A stretch of 32,000 nucleotides of DNA from Nostoc punctiforme PCC 73102 (GTDB lineage: Bacteria; Cyanobacteriota; Cyanobacteriia; Cyanobacteriales; Nostocaceae). The notes beneath the pieces are model-generated. The model did no database searches, was not told where the DNA came from, and worked only from the letters and a program-made list of their open reading frames with translations. How positions within the stretch are numbered: position 1 is the stretch's first letter; the number at the start of each line of letters is the position of its first letter. Where the stretch lies: positions 2,580,001-2,612,000 of the forward strand of contig NC_010628.1 in the NCBI RefSeq assembly GCF_000020025.1, written 5' to 3'. This document shows, one piece after another, positions 1-9,338 of the stretch. The position numbers were made by a program, and so were the translations under genes.

Positions 1-26
1 CCAATTTCTCATTGTACGGTATCTAA

Positions 27-770
27 ATGAACCACATACTCAAGAATAAACGCGCACTCATTACTGGAGGCAGTCGTGGCATTGGGGCAGCGATCGTCAA
101 GCGTTTAGCTAGTGTTGGCGCTGATGTCGCCTTCACCTATGCTAGCTCACCCGATCGCGCGAACGAAATCGTCCAGGCAGCACAAGCATTAAATGTCCAG
201 GCTCTTGCTATCCAAGCTGACAGTGCCGAAGCTAGTGCAGTGGTTGCCGCTGTTGAGGACACTGTAAATAAATTGGGCGGCATTGATATTCTCGTCAACA
301 ATGCAGGCGTGCTAGCAATCGGCCCAATCGACGATTTCACGCTGGCGGACTTCGATCGAACCTTTGCCATTAACGTGCGTGCCGTGTTTGTGGCGACGCA
401 AGCCGCAGTCAAGCACATGAAAGAGGGCGGACGCATCATCAACATCGGCAGCACCAACGCCGAACGTATGCCATTTCCTGGTGGCAGCGTATATGCCATG
501 AGTAAATCTGCTCTGCAAGGGCTTGTGCAAGGACTGTCGCGTGACCTTGGCCCACGCGGAATTACGATCAACAACGTGCAGCCCGGGCCAATCGCTACAG
601 AGATGAATCCCTCGGAGGGTGAGTTTGCCGAGATGCTCAAAAAGCACATTGCGGTAGCCCGCTACGGCACGGTTGATGAGGTGGCGGGGCTGGTTGCTTA
701 TCTGGCCGGCCCTGAGTCTGGTTACATCACCGGCGCAAACCTGATGATTGACGGAGGGTTCAGCGCATAA
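27..770 (+). CDS. SDR family oxidoreductase (3-oxoacyl-ACP reductase-like)
   Basis: 247 aa ORF with the classical SDR motifs: TGGSRGIG cofactor loop, NNAG, and the catalytic YAMSK (YxxxK). C-terminal GANLMIDGG is typical of the family. Confidence 0.9.
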   Translation: MNHILKNKRALITGGSRGIGAAIVKRLASVGADVAFTYASSPDRANEIVQAAQALNVQALAIQADSAEASAVVAAVEDTVNKLGGIDILVNNAGVLAIGPIDDFTLADFDRTFAINVRAVFVATQAAVKHMKEGGRIINIGSTNAERMPFPGGSVYAMSKSALQGLVQGLSRDLGPRGITINNVQPGPIATEMNPSEGEFAEMLKKHIAVARYGTVDEVAGLVAYLAGPESGYITGANLMIDGGFSA

Positions 771-846
771 CTGCTGTCCGATTGAGCGATGGCACAAAGC
801 GCCCCCTGGAAGCGATCGCATTTATTTCTCATAGGGTTGATAAGAT

Positions 847-1494
847 ATGTTTGATCTTGACCAAACTATTAAAGACCGACACTCAACACGCAAATTCTTA
901 TCTCAACCAGTACCACGGGCTTTGCTCGATGAAGCCCTGGCTCTAGCGCAGCTAGCACCGTCGAATTCAAACATTCAGCCGTGGCGGTTGGTGTTTGCCC
1001 AAGGCGATCGCCGCGATCGCTTGCAAGAGGCTTTGCTAAACCAAGCCAAGCAGCAGCCCAACGTCTCTCCTCTGCCTTCCGCCTTCCAGTATTACCGCCA
1101 GGAACTGGGAGCGCAAGTCTACGGGGCGATGGGGATTACTCGTGACGATAAAGCGAACAGACAGTTGGCGGTTCTGCGTAATTACGAATTTTTTGGCGCA
1201 CCAATGGTTGCTATTGTCTGTATGCACCAAGATTTGGGCGTTGCTGATGCTTTAAGTGTGGGGATGTATTTACAAACGCTGGTGTTAAGTCTAACCGCTC
1301 GTGGCATTGGCACCTGCGTAGAAGTTTCGCTAGCGACTTATCCCGAAATCATCCGCAACGAATTGAACATCTCACCGGAATTATTAATCATTTGTGGTTT
1401 AGCCGTTGGCTATCCCGATCCTGATTTTCCCGCTAATCATCTGCATATAAGCCGTGAGTCCGTTGAGAAAAACGTCTCGTTTCAGGGCGATTGA
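847..1494 (+). CDS. nitroreductase family protein
   Basis: 215 aa. N-terminal RHSTRKF and APSNSNIQPWRLVF motifs are typical of FMN-dependent nitroreductases. Lies 76 nt downstream of the SDR gene on the same strand. Confidence 0.85.
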   Translation: MFDLDQTIKDRHSTRKFLSQPVPRALLDEALALAQLAPSNSNIQPWRLVFAQGDRRDRLQEALLNQAKQQPNVSPLPSAFQYYRQELGAQVYGAMGITRDDKANRQLAVLRNYEFFGAPMVAIVCMHQDLGVADALSVGMYLQTLVLSLTARGIGTCVEVSLATYPEIIRNELNISPELLIICGLAVGYPDPDFPANHLHISRESVEKNVSFQGD

Positions 1495-1669
1495 CAAAAG
1501 GCTGGATTTTTTTCTACTAGACGCTAAACACAAGTCCAAAAGAGTATCTGCGTTCCTACTGCCATTAATGAACGATCTTTGTTGAAGTTTTTTATTTACA
1601 AGAAATTAAAGATGAAGATTGCTCAATATGGTTTAAAAATTCTTTGATTTGTTTGATTCAGGAGATTTT

Positions 1670-2196
1670 ATGTTTAGCAAGATTCTAGCTGCAATTGACC
1701 GTTCCGCAAATGGTAATGCTGTTTTTGATGAAGCGCTTACTCTAGCAAAGGCAACTAAAGCAAGCCTGATGCTGTTGCATATCCTATCTAGTGAAGAAAA
1801 GGATAGCCCCCAAACACCTACACTGCTTACTCTCGAATACCACCCATTGAATGGAGAACTTCTAGAGAATTATTGGAAGCAGTGGCAAACTTACGAAGAA
1901 GAGGGTTTCAAATTATTGCGATCGTACACAGAGTTAGCAACCAATGCCGGGGTGAGTACTGAATTCACCCAAAATTCTGGCAATCCCAGCCGGAATATCT
2001 GTGAACTTGCTCGAACTTGGGGCGCTGACTTAATCGCGATCGGTGTCGAGGACATTCTGGTTTGAATGAATTGATTTTAGGCAGCGTGAGTAATTATGTG
2101 TTTCACCATGCTCCTTGTTCCGTGCATGTTGTTTATGCTCCAGTTCCTCTTAAATCTGAAATACTCGTAGTCAATAAAGCTCAAGTAGTTCATTAA
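1670..2196 (+). pseudogene. universal stress protein (UspA family), frameshifted
   Basis: ATG at 1670 is preceded by AGGAG. The N-terminal part (FSKILAAIDRS...GADLIAIG) stops at 2063-2065. The conserved Usp C-terminus LNELILGSVSNYVFHHAPCSVHVV continues in another frame from 2062 to a TAA at 2194-2196. The usual G-x-RG-xxG segment is replaced by VEDILV. Confidence 0.75.
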
Positions 2197-2325
2197 GAAT
2201 GGGCTGTGAATATCTTTGTTGATGGTAATGCAAAAGTTAGATTTATAAACTTTAAGCTTTTGCCTTAGTTGTTGCCGTGGAATCGAAATTGTTCTCAAGT
2301 AAACATTAATTCAGGAAATTTTGAC

Positions 2326-2607
2326 ATGGATAATGTAATAGCCCCGACCAATTCACCTGTTGTAAGACCACCCGAAGTTACATTGGTTCCCAATAACTCA
2401 CTATTGACTGAAACACCAGAAGCAGGACGACAACTGGCAGTCAAAATGGCACGGCTAATTATTAAACTGACTCAGCCTGATGAAGAAAAACGCAACCAAC
2501 TGCGAGACGTATATGGCAATGATGCCATGATGCTGATTGCAGTTGGACAGACAGTTGCAACAGAGTTTGCCACGATCGCAGCTGCTAATAACTACTGGCA
2601 GAAGTAA
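2326..2607 (+). CDS. hypothetical protein
   Basis: Open frame with an internal ATG at 2326 (MDNVIAPTNS...). No recognisable motif. The stop codon lies inside the target-site duplication of the adjacent MITE. Confidence 0.4.
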   Translation: MDNVIAPTNSPVVRPPEVTLVPNNSLLTETPEAGRQLAVKMARLIIKLTQPDEEKRNQLRDVYGNDAMMLIAVGQTVATEFATIAAANNYWQK

Positions 2608-2610
2608 TAT

Positions 2611-2721
2611 CAATACGGTTCGGTTAAAGGGCAAAGGGGAAAGGGAAAAGGTTTTGAATACATCCTTTCCCCTTTACCCAGACCACAAGGAAAGTGAAAA
2701 ATGCTTATCCGAACCGTATTG
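2611..2721. mobile_element. MITE-like element with 13-bp terminal inverted repeats and a GGGAAAGG/CCTTTCCC hairpin core
   Basis: CAATACGGTTCGG at 2611-2623 is the reverse complement of CCGAACCGTATTG at 2709-2721. The element is flanked by the direct repeat GAAGTAATAT (2601-2610 and 2722-2731). A related copy in opposite orientation lies at 12677-12738. Confidence 0.6.
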
Positions 2722-2974
2722 GAAGTAATATCTCGAAAGTTTCAAATCAGTAATTTGCTCAAATGTGATTTCAATGGCATCCAAAGTAGAGGTAGCGGAT
2801 GCTGACTTTAGCCTTGAAGGAGAAATCACTGCTTACTGCACACTTGCAAATCGAGTCCTCAGTTTAGAGATTCAAAAAATTCTCTACTCCGAAATTGTGT
2901 TGAAATTGTCTGCTCATATTTACTTCGGTCATTCACCTCTATCTAAACTTGTGTTTCCCTAAACGTTTACTCAC

Positions 2975-3083
2975 AGGACTTACGCAAAATACGTCTCAAA
3001 TTCTTATTCCTCCATGTTCTCTGTGGTAGCTTGCGGCAAGCCGCTCCGCATCTACGTTTTTTAGTTATCTGTGCGTAAGTCCT
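2975..3083. repeat. inverted-repeat (MITE-like) element
   Basis: Perfect 12-bp inverted repeat AGGACTTACGCA (2975-2986) / TGCGTAAGTCCT (3072-3083), separated by 85 bp that contain an internal GCTTGCGGCAAGC hairpin. Confidence 0.5.
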
Positions 3084-3227
3084 AACTGATTACAAAACAA
3101 CATATTGGGAGTAAAACTTATGGCTGCAACAACTAAGAAAAATGATACTAAGTAAGACGTGGTGAAAAAACCAAACTATGTAAAGATAAGTAAATACGTA
3201 TGATATGTCTACCAAGGTGACAAGGAT

Positions 3228-3980
3228 ATGGGCAGTCGTTTAAGGGTATTTCTGACTCCTGAGCAAGATAAAACTCTGTTAAACCTGAGAACAGCAGACG
3301 TACCCCAAAAGGTCAAAGACCGAGCAGAAGTAATTAGATTGAGCGCACATGGTTTGTATGTGGAGAAGATAGCGGCTCACTTTAACTGGACTGCCCAAAC
3401 AGTAAGAGAAGTTTTGCATAGATGGGAGCATCTTGGTTTAGAAGGGCTTTGGGAGAAACCAGGGCGGGGAGGAAAATCAAGGTGGACGGAAGCTGATCTG
3501 GTGTTCTTAGAAGAATGTTTAGAAAAAGAACCACGCACATACAATAGTGTTCAATTAGCTCAAAAATTAGAAAAAGAACGCTCTATCAAATTAAGTCCTG
3601 ACAGGTTTTGACAGGTACTTAAAAAAAGGGGGTGATTTGGAAAATAACTTTGGATTTGTCACAGAGGAAAACAAGACCCAGTAATACAGCAAATCAAACA
3701 AGCAGACTTAGAAATGCTGGAATTGTCTGCTGCTGCTGGAGAAATCGATTTAAAGTATATGGATGAATCAGGGTTTTGTGCTTGGAGCGAACCGAGTTAC
3801 AGTTATTACTTCCGAGGTCAACAAAAACGCTTAGAGCAGAGCAAACGCAGAGGACGAAGGTTAAGTATTATTGGATTTTTCCAACCCAAAATTTGTTTTG
3901 TTTATGGTTTGGTGATTGGCGGCGTTTCACGCAAATCTTATATACAGATGATGGAACAAGAAGCCGCAGAAGCCCAAAAA
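3228..3980 (+). pseudogene. IS630-family transposase remnant (frameshifted and 3'-truncated)
   Basis: ORF 3228-3611 encodes the HTH/winged-helix N-terminus. After stops and frameshifts at 3609-3713, the first ~89 aa of ORF 3714-5045 (LKYMDESGFCAWSEPSYSYYFRGQQKRL...RRLSIIGF) resume as the start of an IS630 DDE domain. That similarity ends near 3980. Confidence 0.75.
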
Positions 3981-5045
3981 ATTAATGCTTCCAATTCGGT
4001 GCAACTGATTGGCACCTCACCCGATAGCAGGTCTTCTAGCGGCTTGTCTGCTTCCACTGGAGGAACGGGAAAAGGAGGAGATTTGATGATTAATACGCCT
4101 ATATTATTTGTTAAAGATGGGGCAGTTGTCTTTGCTATTACTAAAAGTTCTGGGAATGCTGGGACTTTAACAATCAATGTTCCCCAATTAATACAAGTGA
4201 TAGGACGCTCTGCTGATGGTAAATTCTCCAGTAGTTTGTCTGCTGAAACTTCTGGCATTGGCAAGGCAGGAAACTTAACAATCACTACACAACATTTGCT
4301 TATATCTGATCGTTCACAAGTCACAGTGAGCAGCACGGGAGTTGGAGCATCTGGTGATCTCAATATCACGGCTAACTTTATACAGCTTAACAACGGTCAG
4401 ATTACGGCACAAACTCTCTCTGGTAATGGAGGCAACCTGAACTTTAACATTGCTGACTTATTATTGATGCGTCATGGCAGTGAAATTTCCACTAGTGCAG
4501 GCACAGCACAACAGGGTGGAGACGGTGGTAGTATCAATATTAACTCTAAATTTATTGTTGGTATCCCCAAAGAAAACAGCGATATCACAGCCAACGCCTT
4601 CACAGGAATCGGTGGAAACGTCGAAATTAATTCGCAAGGTATCTTCGGTATTGAGTCACGCCCAAAACCAACCGAGAAAAGTGATATGACTGCAAGTTCT
4701 GAACAAGGTGTTGCAGGTGCGATCAAAATTAACGCACCCGATACTAGTTCTATCCAAAACAGCTTCACCGAATTACCCCCAGTCATCGACACCAACGCAC
4801 TCATCGCCAATAGTTGCATTTCACGCGGCACAAAGCGACAAGAAAACTCTTTTACCATTACAGGGTCTGGTGCTTTGACCACTAATCGTCCTGGTGTTTC
4901 GGTTTCGACTTACACAACTGGTAAGGTGAGAGGTGTAGAAACCATATCCCATCCCTGGAAAAAAGGCGATCCGATTATCGAACCAACTGGTCTATATCGG
5001 CTGAATAATGGGCAGTTACTATTGAGTCGGGAATGTTCTAATTAA
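3981..5045 (+). pseudogene. C-terminal fragment of a filamentous-haemagglutinin-type (two-partner secretion) beta-helical exoprotein
   Basis: Imperfect beta-helix repeats (GNAGTLTINV, GKAGNLTITT, ASGDLNITAN, GNGGNLNFNI, GGDGGSININ, GIGGNVEINSQGIFG). The tail (SDITASS..GVAG.I.IN.PD...NSC...SFTITGSG) is typical of cyanobacterial FHA-like proteins. It has no N-terminal TPS domain and is fused in frame to a transposase fragment. Confidence 0.7.
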
Positions 5046-5250
5046 CCTGAGTTCAAGTCTGTTCCTCTCTATCAATGAGAGGTTAAGGCTATGGTATGTG
5101 TGAAAAAATGGTTTACCGACACCTATGCCGATTGCATCACCAATCCTTGAGGTGCAGCAAGATAGGGCACTGGACTTTGGATTGAGAAAAGTAGTCAGCA
5201 GTAAAACTGACTGCCGTAAAGTCAATGAAAGTAATCGATAAATCATTGAC

Positions 5251-6050
5251 GTGATGATCCTGACACAACTAGAAAAATTCCCCCAAGCTATCTATGATTG
5301 TTTGGGGAAGGCCAAAGATGCAGTATTTGAATTGATGGATGCAGTATTGACAAGTCCGAGTATTCCATCATTTGTAAGCTTGTCACAAAGCCCAGTATTT
5401 CGACGGCAATGGTCGAGCATTTATGTAGCACTGCATGATAGTCGTCCACCGAAAATGTTGCTGATGAAGTTGCTGGTACAGGAGGTAGCGACGGATGAAC
5501 AACCATTTCTAGCAGGAGATCATAGCTTTTGGGCAAGACCAGAAGCGAAGACACTAAAAGAAAGAACTTTTCATGGGGACTCCAGGAGAAGCATAGGCAT
5601 CGGACAAAGCTACAGTACTTTAGCCTGGATACCAAAGGCGGATGGGAGTTGGGCAAAGACAATTGAAACATGAATGGCTCACCAGCTTTGAGACGGCAAC
5701 AAGTAAAGCCGCATTCCAACTTAAACAAGTGACCCGTGAGTTAGGCAAAAGACCACTTGCCGCTTATGACCGAGGCTACGGCAACGCCAAATTTGTCCAA
5801 GCTACGGAGAAGATTGACGCAGACCTGTTGTTGCGTTTAGCATCTAACCGATGTGTATGGGGTACACCCGGTACTTACAAAGGACGAGGCGCACCTTGTA
5901 AGCATGGTCATAAGTTTAAGCTTAATGACCCCCAAACTTGGCCCGTGGCAACTGAAACTCTAGAAGTTGAAGACCCGAAAGTTGGTCGAGTTAAAGTAAT
6001 GCGTTGGAGTGGGTTTCATTTCCTTGTTGCTAAATGCCAATTAGTCCAAA
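5251..6050 (+). pseudogene. DDE transposase remnant (IS701/IS4-like), frameshifted and truncated
   Basis: Two overlapping ORFs (5251-5673 and 5642-6190) together read like one cyanobacterial DDE transposase (..FLAGDHSFWARPEAKTLKERTF..LAAYDRGYGNAKFV..LLLRLASNRCVWG..). Similarity fades after RWSGFHF near 6030. Confidence 0.6.
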
Positions 6051-6153
6051 CTCAAGAGGGCAGGCATAGCACGGGAAAACGAAGGAGCATTTTCTACACC
6101 CAAAGAGTAAATTGGTTTATTGCGATCGCAACTTTCTCACGCCATCTATCCAT

Positions 6154-6372
6154 TCATTCAGTCCACTGCGGGGCATCTGTCACCAGTTGAGCAAACTTCT
6201 CTGGGCTTGCATCCTCAAACTCCAGCATCACACCCAACCGTTCATCATTTGTTAGGTTACAGAGTAATTCTTTTACCGCATCAACCCCATCCTCCACCCG
6301 CTCAATCGCCAGCCGAGCATAATATTTAACGCGCTTCCACCAAGAACCGCTGATTTCTGCCTCTGTGTCCAT
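6154..6372 (-). CDS. hypothetical small protein (possibly a truncated gene)
   Basis: 72 aa ORF with a G-rich stretch just upstream of the ATG. An in-frame TGA is followed by 19 more open codons running into the IS remnant. No recognisable motif. Confidence 0.3.
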   Translation of the reverse strand: MDTEAEISGSWWKRVKYYARLAIERVEDGVDAVKELLCNLTNDERLGVMLEFEDASPEKFAQLVTDAPQWTE

Positions 6373-6633
6373 AGCCCCCCGATTATTACTTGCATTTTCA
6401 TTATTGAGGGGTATGGAGGGTGGGTTAATTCCATACTGAGTCTGTATTTTATCCGCGTAAGCCGCATTTGGTTGAAGTGACTCTTAGGGATGTACTTCTA
6501 GCTTCAGAATTGCCCTCTTTTTACTACAATTTACAACAGATGAATATTATTAGAAACAGGAACGTTACATTATCTAAAGAATAGGGAATCCTAGATTTAA
6601 GTACCAAGCAAATCTATTAGTCAGTTAGACAGG

Positions 6634-8778
6634 ATGAACTTTCAACAGCAAGGCATTCAATCCGGTAACAATTTTTCTGTAAACCAAGTGCTAAAAGTTG
6701 ATGAAATCAGTAGAAATGGTCAGGAAATTGAAAATCAATTAGCAGAGCCAGATTTGAAACAGTTGCAAGATAAACTTTTATTACTTATAGAACGAAATCC
6801 TTTGCCTTTAATTGAGTGGAATACAGCGTTTCAAGTAATAGAATGGAATCTGGCTGCTGAACAACTATTTGGATACAGCAAAAGCGAAGTACTTGGTTGT
6901 CAGGTATCAGAAATAATTGTGCCAGAAGTTGAGAGAGTACAAGCCATTAAAATAATGGAGTTATTAATTGAAGAGAAAGTGGGAGGTAATAATCTCAGTA
7001 AGAATCTGACAAAACATGGAAGAGTGATTATTTGTGATTGGTGTCACACTCCGATAACTAACGTGGATGGCAAGTTAATTAGTATTGTCTCAACAGTGCA
7101 GGATATTACAAAAGTAAAGTCTTTTGAAAACGCTCTGCGCGAAAACGAAAATACCTATCAGCAAATTCTTGATGCAATTACAGATATGGTACTGGTTAAA
7201 GGTGCTAAATCTCGAATAATTTGGGCAAATAAGGCATTTCGTGATTATTACGGGATGAGTGAGTCACAGCTTCAAAATATGATTGATGCACCCTTCAACG
7301 AAGCAGATCATACCTTGCAATACATCAAAGATGATACTTACGTATTTGAAAGTGGACAGACACTAGAAATTCCCCAAGAGCCAGTAACTCGGTACAATGG
7401 CGAAGTACGCCTATTCCATACAATCAAATCTGCGATCCGCAACGAACTAGGTCAAGTGATAATGACTGTTGGTGTAGCTCGTGATATTAGTGAGCATAAA
7501 CAAGCCCAGAAAGAACAGGCGAAGTTGTTAGCAATTCTAGAAGCAGCACCAGACTTTATCAGCACTGCTGACTTAAATGGGCAGGTTCTTTACTTTAATA
7601 AAGCAGCTCGTAGAATGTTAGAGCTAGGGGAAGAAGAATCGCTTCAGGGGAGAAATTTGTCCCAAAATCATCCGAAATGGGCAAATGAGATTATCCAGAA
7701 TCAAGGATTACCAGAATCAGTTAGAGTCGGTGATTGGGTTGGAGAAACGGCTGTTTTAAAAGCAGATGGACGAGAAATTCCCATATCCCAGCTGATTATT
7801 GCTCACAAATCACCTGACGGAGAAGTTGAATATTTCTCGACGATCGCAAGGGATATCAGCGAACTCAAAGCTGCGGAAGAAACTTTGGTGCAAAAAGCGG
7901 AAGATTTAGAGCGCACTCTTAAAGAACTTCAAAGCACCCAAGCTCATTTGCTTCAAAGCGAAAAAATGTCCTCTATTGGTCAATTGGTTGCTGGAGTAGC
8001 TCACGAAATGAATAATCCTTTGGGCTTTATTGCTGCCAGTGTAAAACAAGCTAAACCTACCTTTGCTGATATTGTTGACCACTTAAAGCTTTATCAGAAG
8101 AAGTTCCCCGCTCCGGGAGATGAAATTCTCATCCATGCCGAAGAAATTGACTTGGAATATAGCTTATCAGATTTACCAGAAATGATTGATTCAATGACGA
8201 TAGCCTGTGACAGACTGAAAGATATCAGTACCAGTCTCCGCACTTTCACCCGTGCCGATCGAGACTACAAAATACCTTTCAATATCCACCAAGGCATTGA
8301 TAGTACCATTCTAATTCTCAAACATCGTCTGAAAGCAAATGAACAACGTCCGAAGATTGAAGTTATCACAAACTACGGTAATTTGCCTGAAGTAGAATGT
8401 TTTCCAGGTCAATTAAATCAGGTATTTATGAACATACTAGCGAATGCTATTGATGCCTTGGATGAATCAAATATAGACCGGGGTTTTAAGGAGATTAAAG
8501 CCAATCCTAATCAGATTATGATTACCACCTCATTGAAAAACAAACAGGTTGAGGTGAAGATTGCTGATAATGGTCAAGGGATGAGTGAATCAATTAAACA
8601 AAAAATATTTGACGACTTGTTTACTACCAAAGGTGTTGGTAAAGGAACAGGATTAGGATTAGCGATCACTCAATCCATTGTTATAGAAAAACATGGCGGA
8701 ACTTTGGATGTGAATTCTACCTTGGGTGTTGGAACAGAATTTGTGATTACCTTACCGATAACATCTGCCCCTTGTTAA
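6634..8778 (+). CDS. PAS-domain sensor histidine kinase (soluble, multi-PAS)
   Basis: 714 aa with no obvious TM segment and about three PAS-like modules. Has an H-box (GVAHEMNNPL), an N-box (NQVFMNILANAID), and G1/G2 boxes (DNGQGM, GTGLGL). No receiver domain and no adjacent response regulator. Confidence 0.9.
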   Translation: MNFQQQGIQSGNNFSVNQVLKVDEISRNGQEIENQLAEPDLKQLQDKLLLLIERNPLPLIEWNTAFQVIEWNLAAEQLFGYSKSEVLGCQVSEIIVPEVERVQAIKIMELLIEEKVGGNNLSKNLTKHGRVIICDWCHTPITNVDGKLISIVSTVQDITKVKSFENALRENENTYQQILDAITDMVLVKGAKSRIIWANKAFRDYYGMSESQLQNMIDAPFNEADHTLQYIKDDTYVFESGQTLEIPQEPVTRYNGEVRLFHTIKSAIRNELGQVIMTVGVARDISEHKQAQKEQAKLLAILEAAPDFISTADLNGQVLYFNKAARRMLELGEEESLQGRNLSQNHPKWANEIIQNQGLPESVRVGDWVGETAVLKADGREIPISQLIIAHKSPDGEVEYFSTIARDISELKAAEETLVQKAEDLERTLKELQSTQAHLLQSEKMSSIGQLVAGVAHEMNNPLGFIAASVKQAKPTFADIVDHLKLYQKKFPAPGDEILIHAEEIDLEYSLSDLPEMIDSMTIACDRLKDISTSLRTFTRADRDYKIPFNIHQGIDSTILILKHRLKANEQRPKIEVITNYGNLPEVECFPGQLNQVFMNILANAIDALDESNIDRGFKEIKANPNQIMITTSLKNKQVEVKIADNGQGMSESIKQKIFDDLFTTKGVGKGTGLGLAITQSIVIEKHGGTLDVNSTLGVGTEFVITLPITSAPC

Positions 8779-8824
8779 AGCAGGGTAAGCGCATCTCAAT
8801 TTGAGTTGACAAGTATAAAGTAGT

Positions 8825-9266
8825 GTGCTGGGACAAGTAAAAGTAACCGATAAATCTAACGAAATCACGGCAATTCCGGCACTATTAGAACTGCTTGACT
8901 TGGCAGGATGCATTATTACCATTGATGCAATGGGTACACAAACAGCGCTCGCTACTCAAATATATAATGCCAAAGCTGATTACGTCTTAGCACTTAAAGC
9001 CAACCATCCAACACTTCATGGACAGATCAAAACTTGGTTTGAGGAAGCGATGGCGGATCAATTTGAAGGCATAACCGTAAGCTACGATGAACGGGTAGAA
9101 AAAGGGCATCATCGTACTCAAAAGCGACAAGTTTGGAGTGTTCCGGTTTCTCAACTGCCACCTCTACATCATCAAGACGATTGGGTGGGACTTCAAACCG
9201 TTGTCATGGTGGTGCGAGTCAGACATCTGTGGAACAAAACTACCCGCGAAGTTCAGTTTTATTTAA
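8825..9266 (+). pseudogene. ISAs1-family transposase fragment (5'-truncated, interrupted by IS630)
   Basis: LGQVKVTDKSNEITAIPALLELLDLAGCIITIDAMGTQ...YVLALKANHPTL...FYLTS matches the central DDE region of ISAs1/H-repeat transposases. About 150 N-terminal residues are missing. The reading frame runs into the IS630 left end at 9267. Confidence 0.7.
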
Positions 9267-9338
9267 CTAGTAGTGTACCAAGGTAACTTTGCTAAGTAAA
9301 ACCTCTAATTGGTAAAATAGCCAAAAACGGGGTGTAAC

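Noticed and set aside
137-821. Long antisense ORFs (137-649 and 312-821, minus strand) overlapping the SDR gene
   Set aside because: They lie entirely within or antisense to a well-supported SDR coding sequence. Their composition is Ala/Arg/Ser-rich, typical of antisense frames in GC-rich genes, and they have no motifs.
2537-2728. 63-aa ORF spanning the MITE at 2611-2721
   Set aside because: It reads through the inverted-repeat element and overlaps the 3' end of the upstream ORF. It is an artefact of the repeat sequence.
2765-2962. 65-aa ORF with a GTG-type start
   Set aside because: It has no RBS and no motif, and it sits between two repeat elements. Support is insufficient to call a gene.
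5046-5075. GAGTTCAAGTCTG resembling a tRNA T-arm/T-loop (possible tRNA 3' fragment as an integration site)
   Set aside because: The flanking bases do not pair into a 5-bp T-stem (CTGAG versus CTGTT), and no acceptor or anticodon arms can be drawn.
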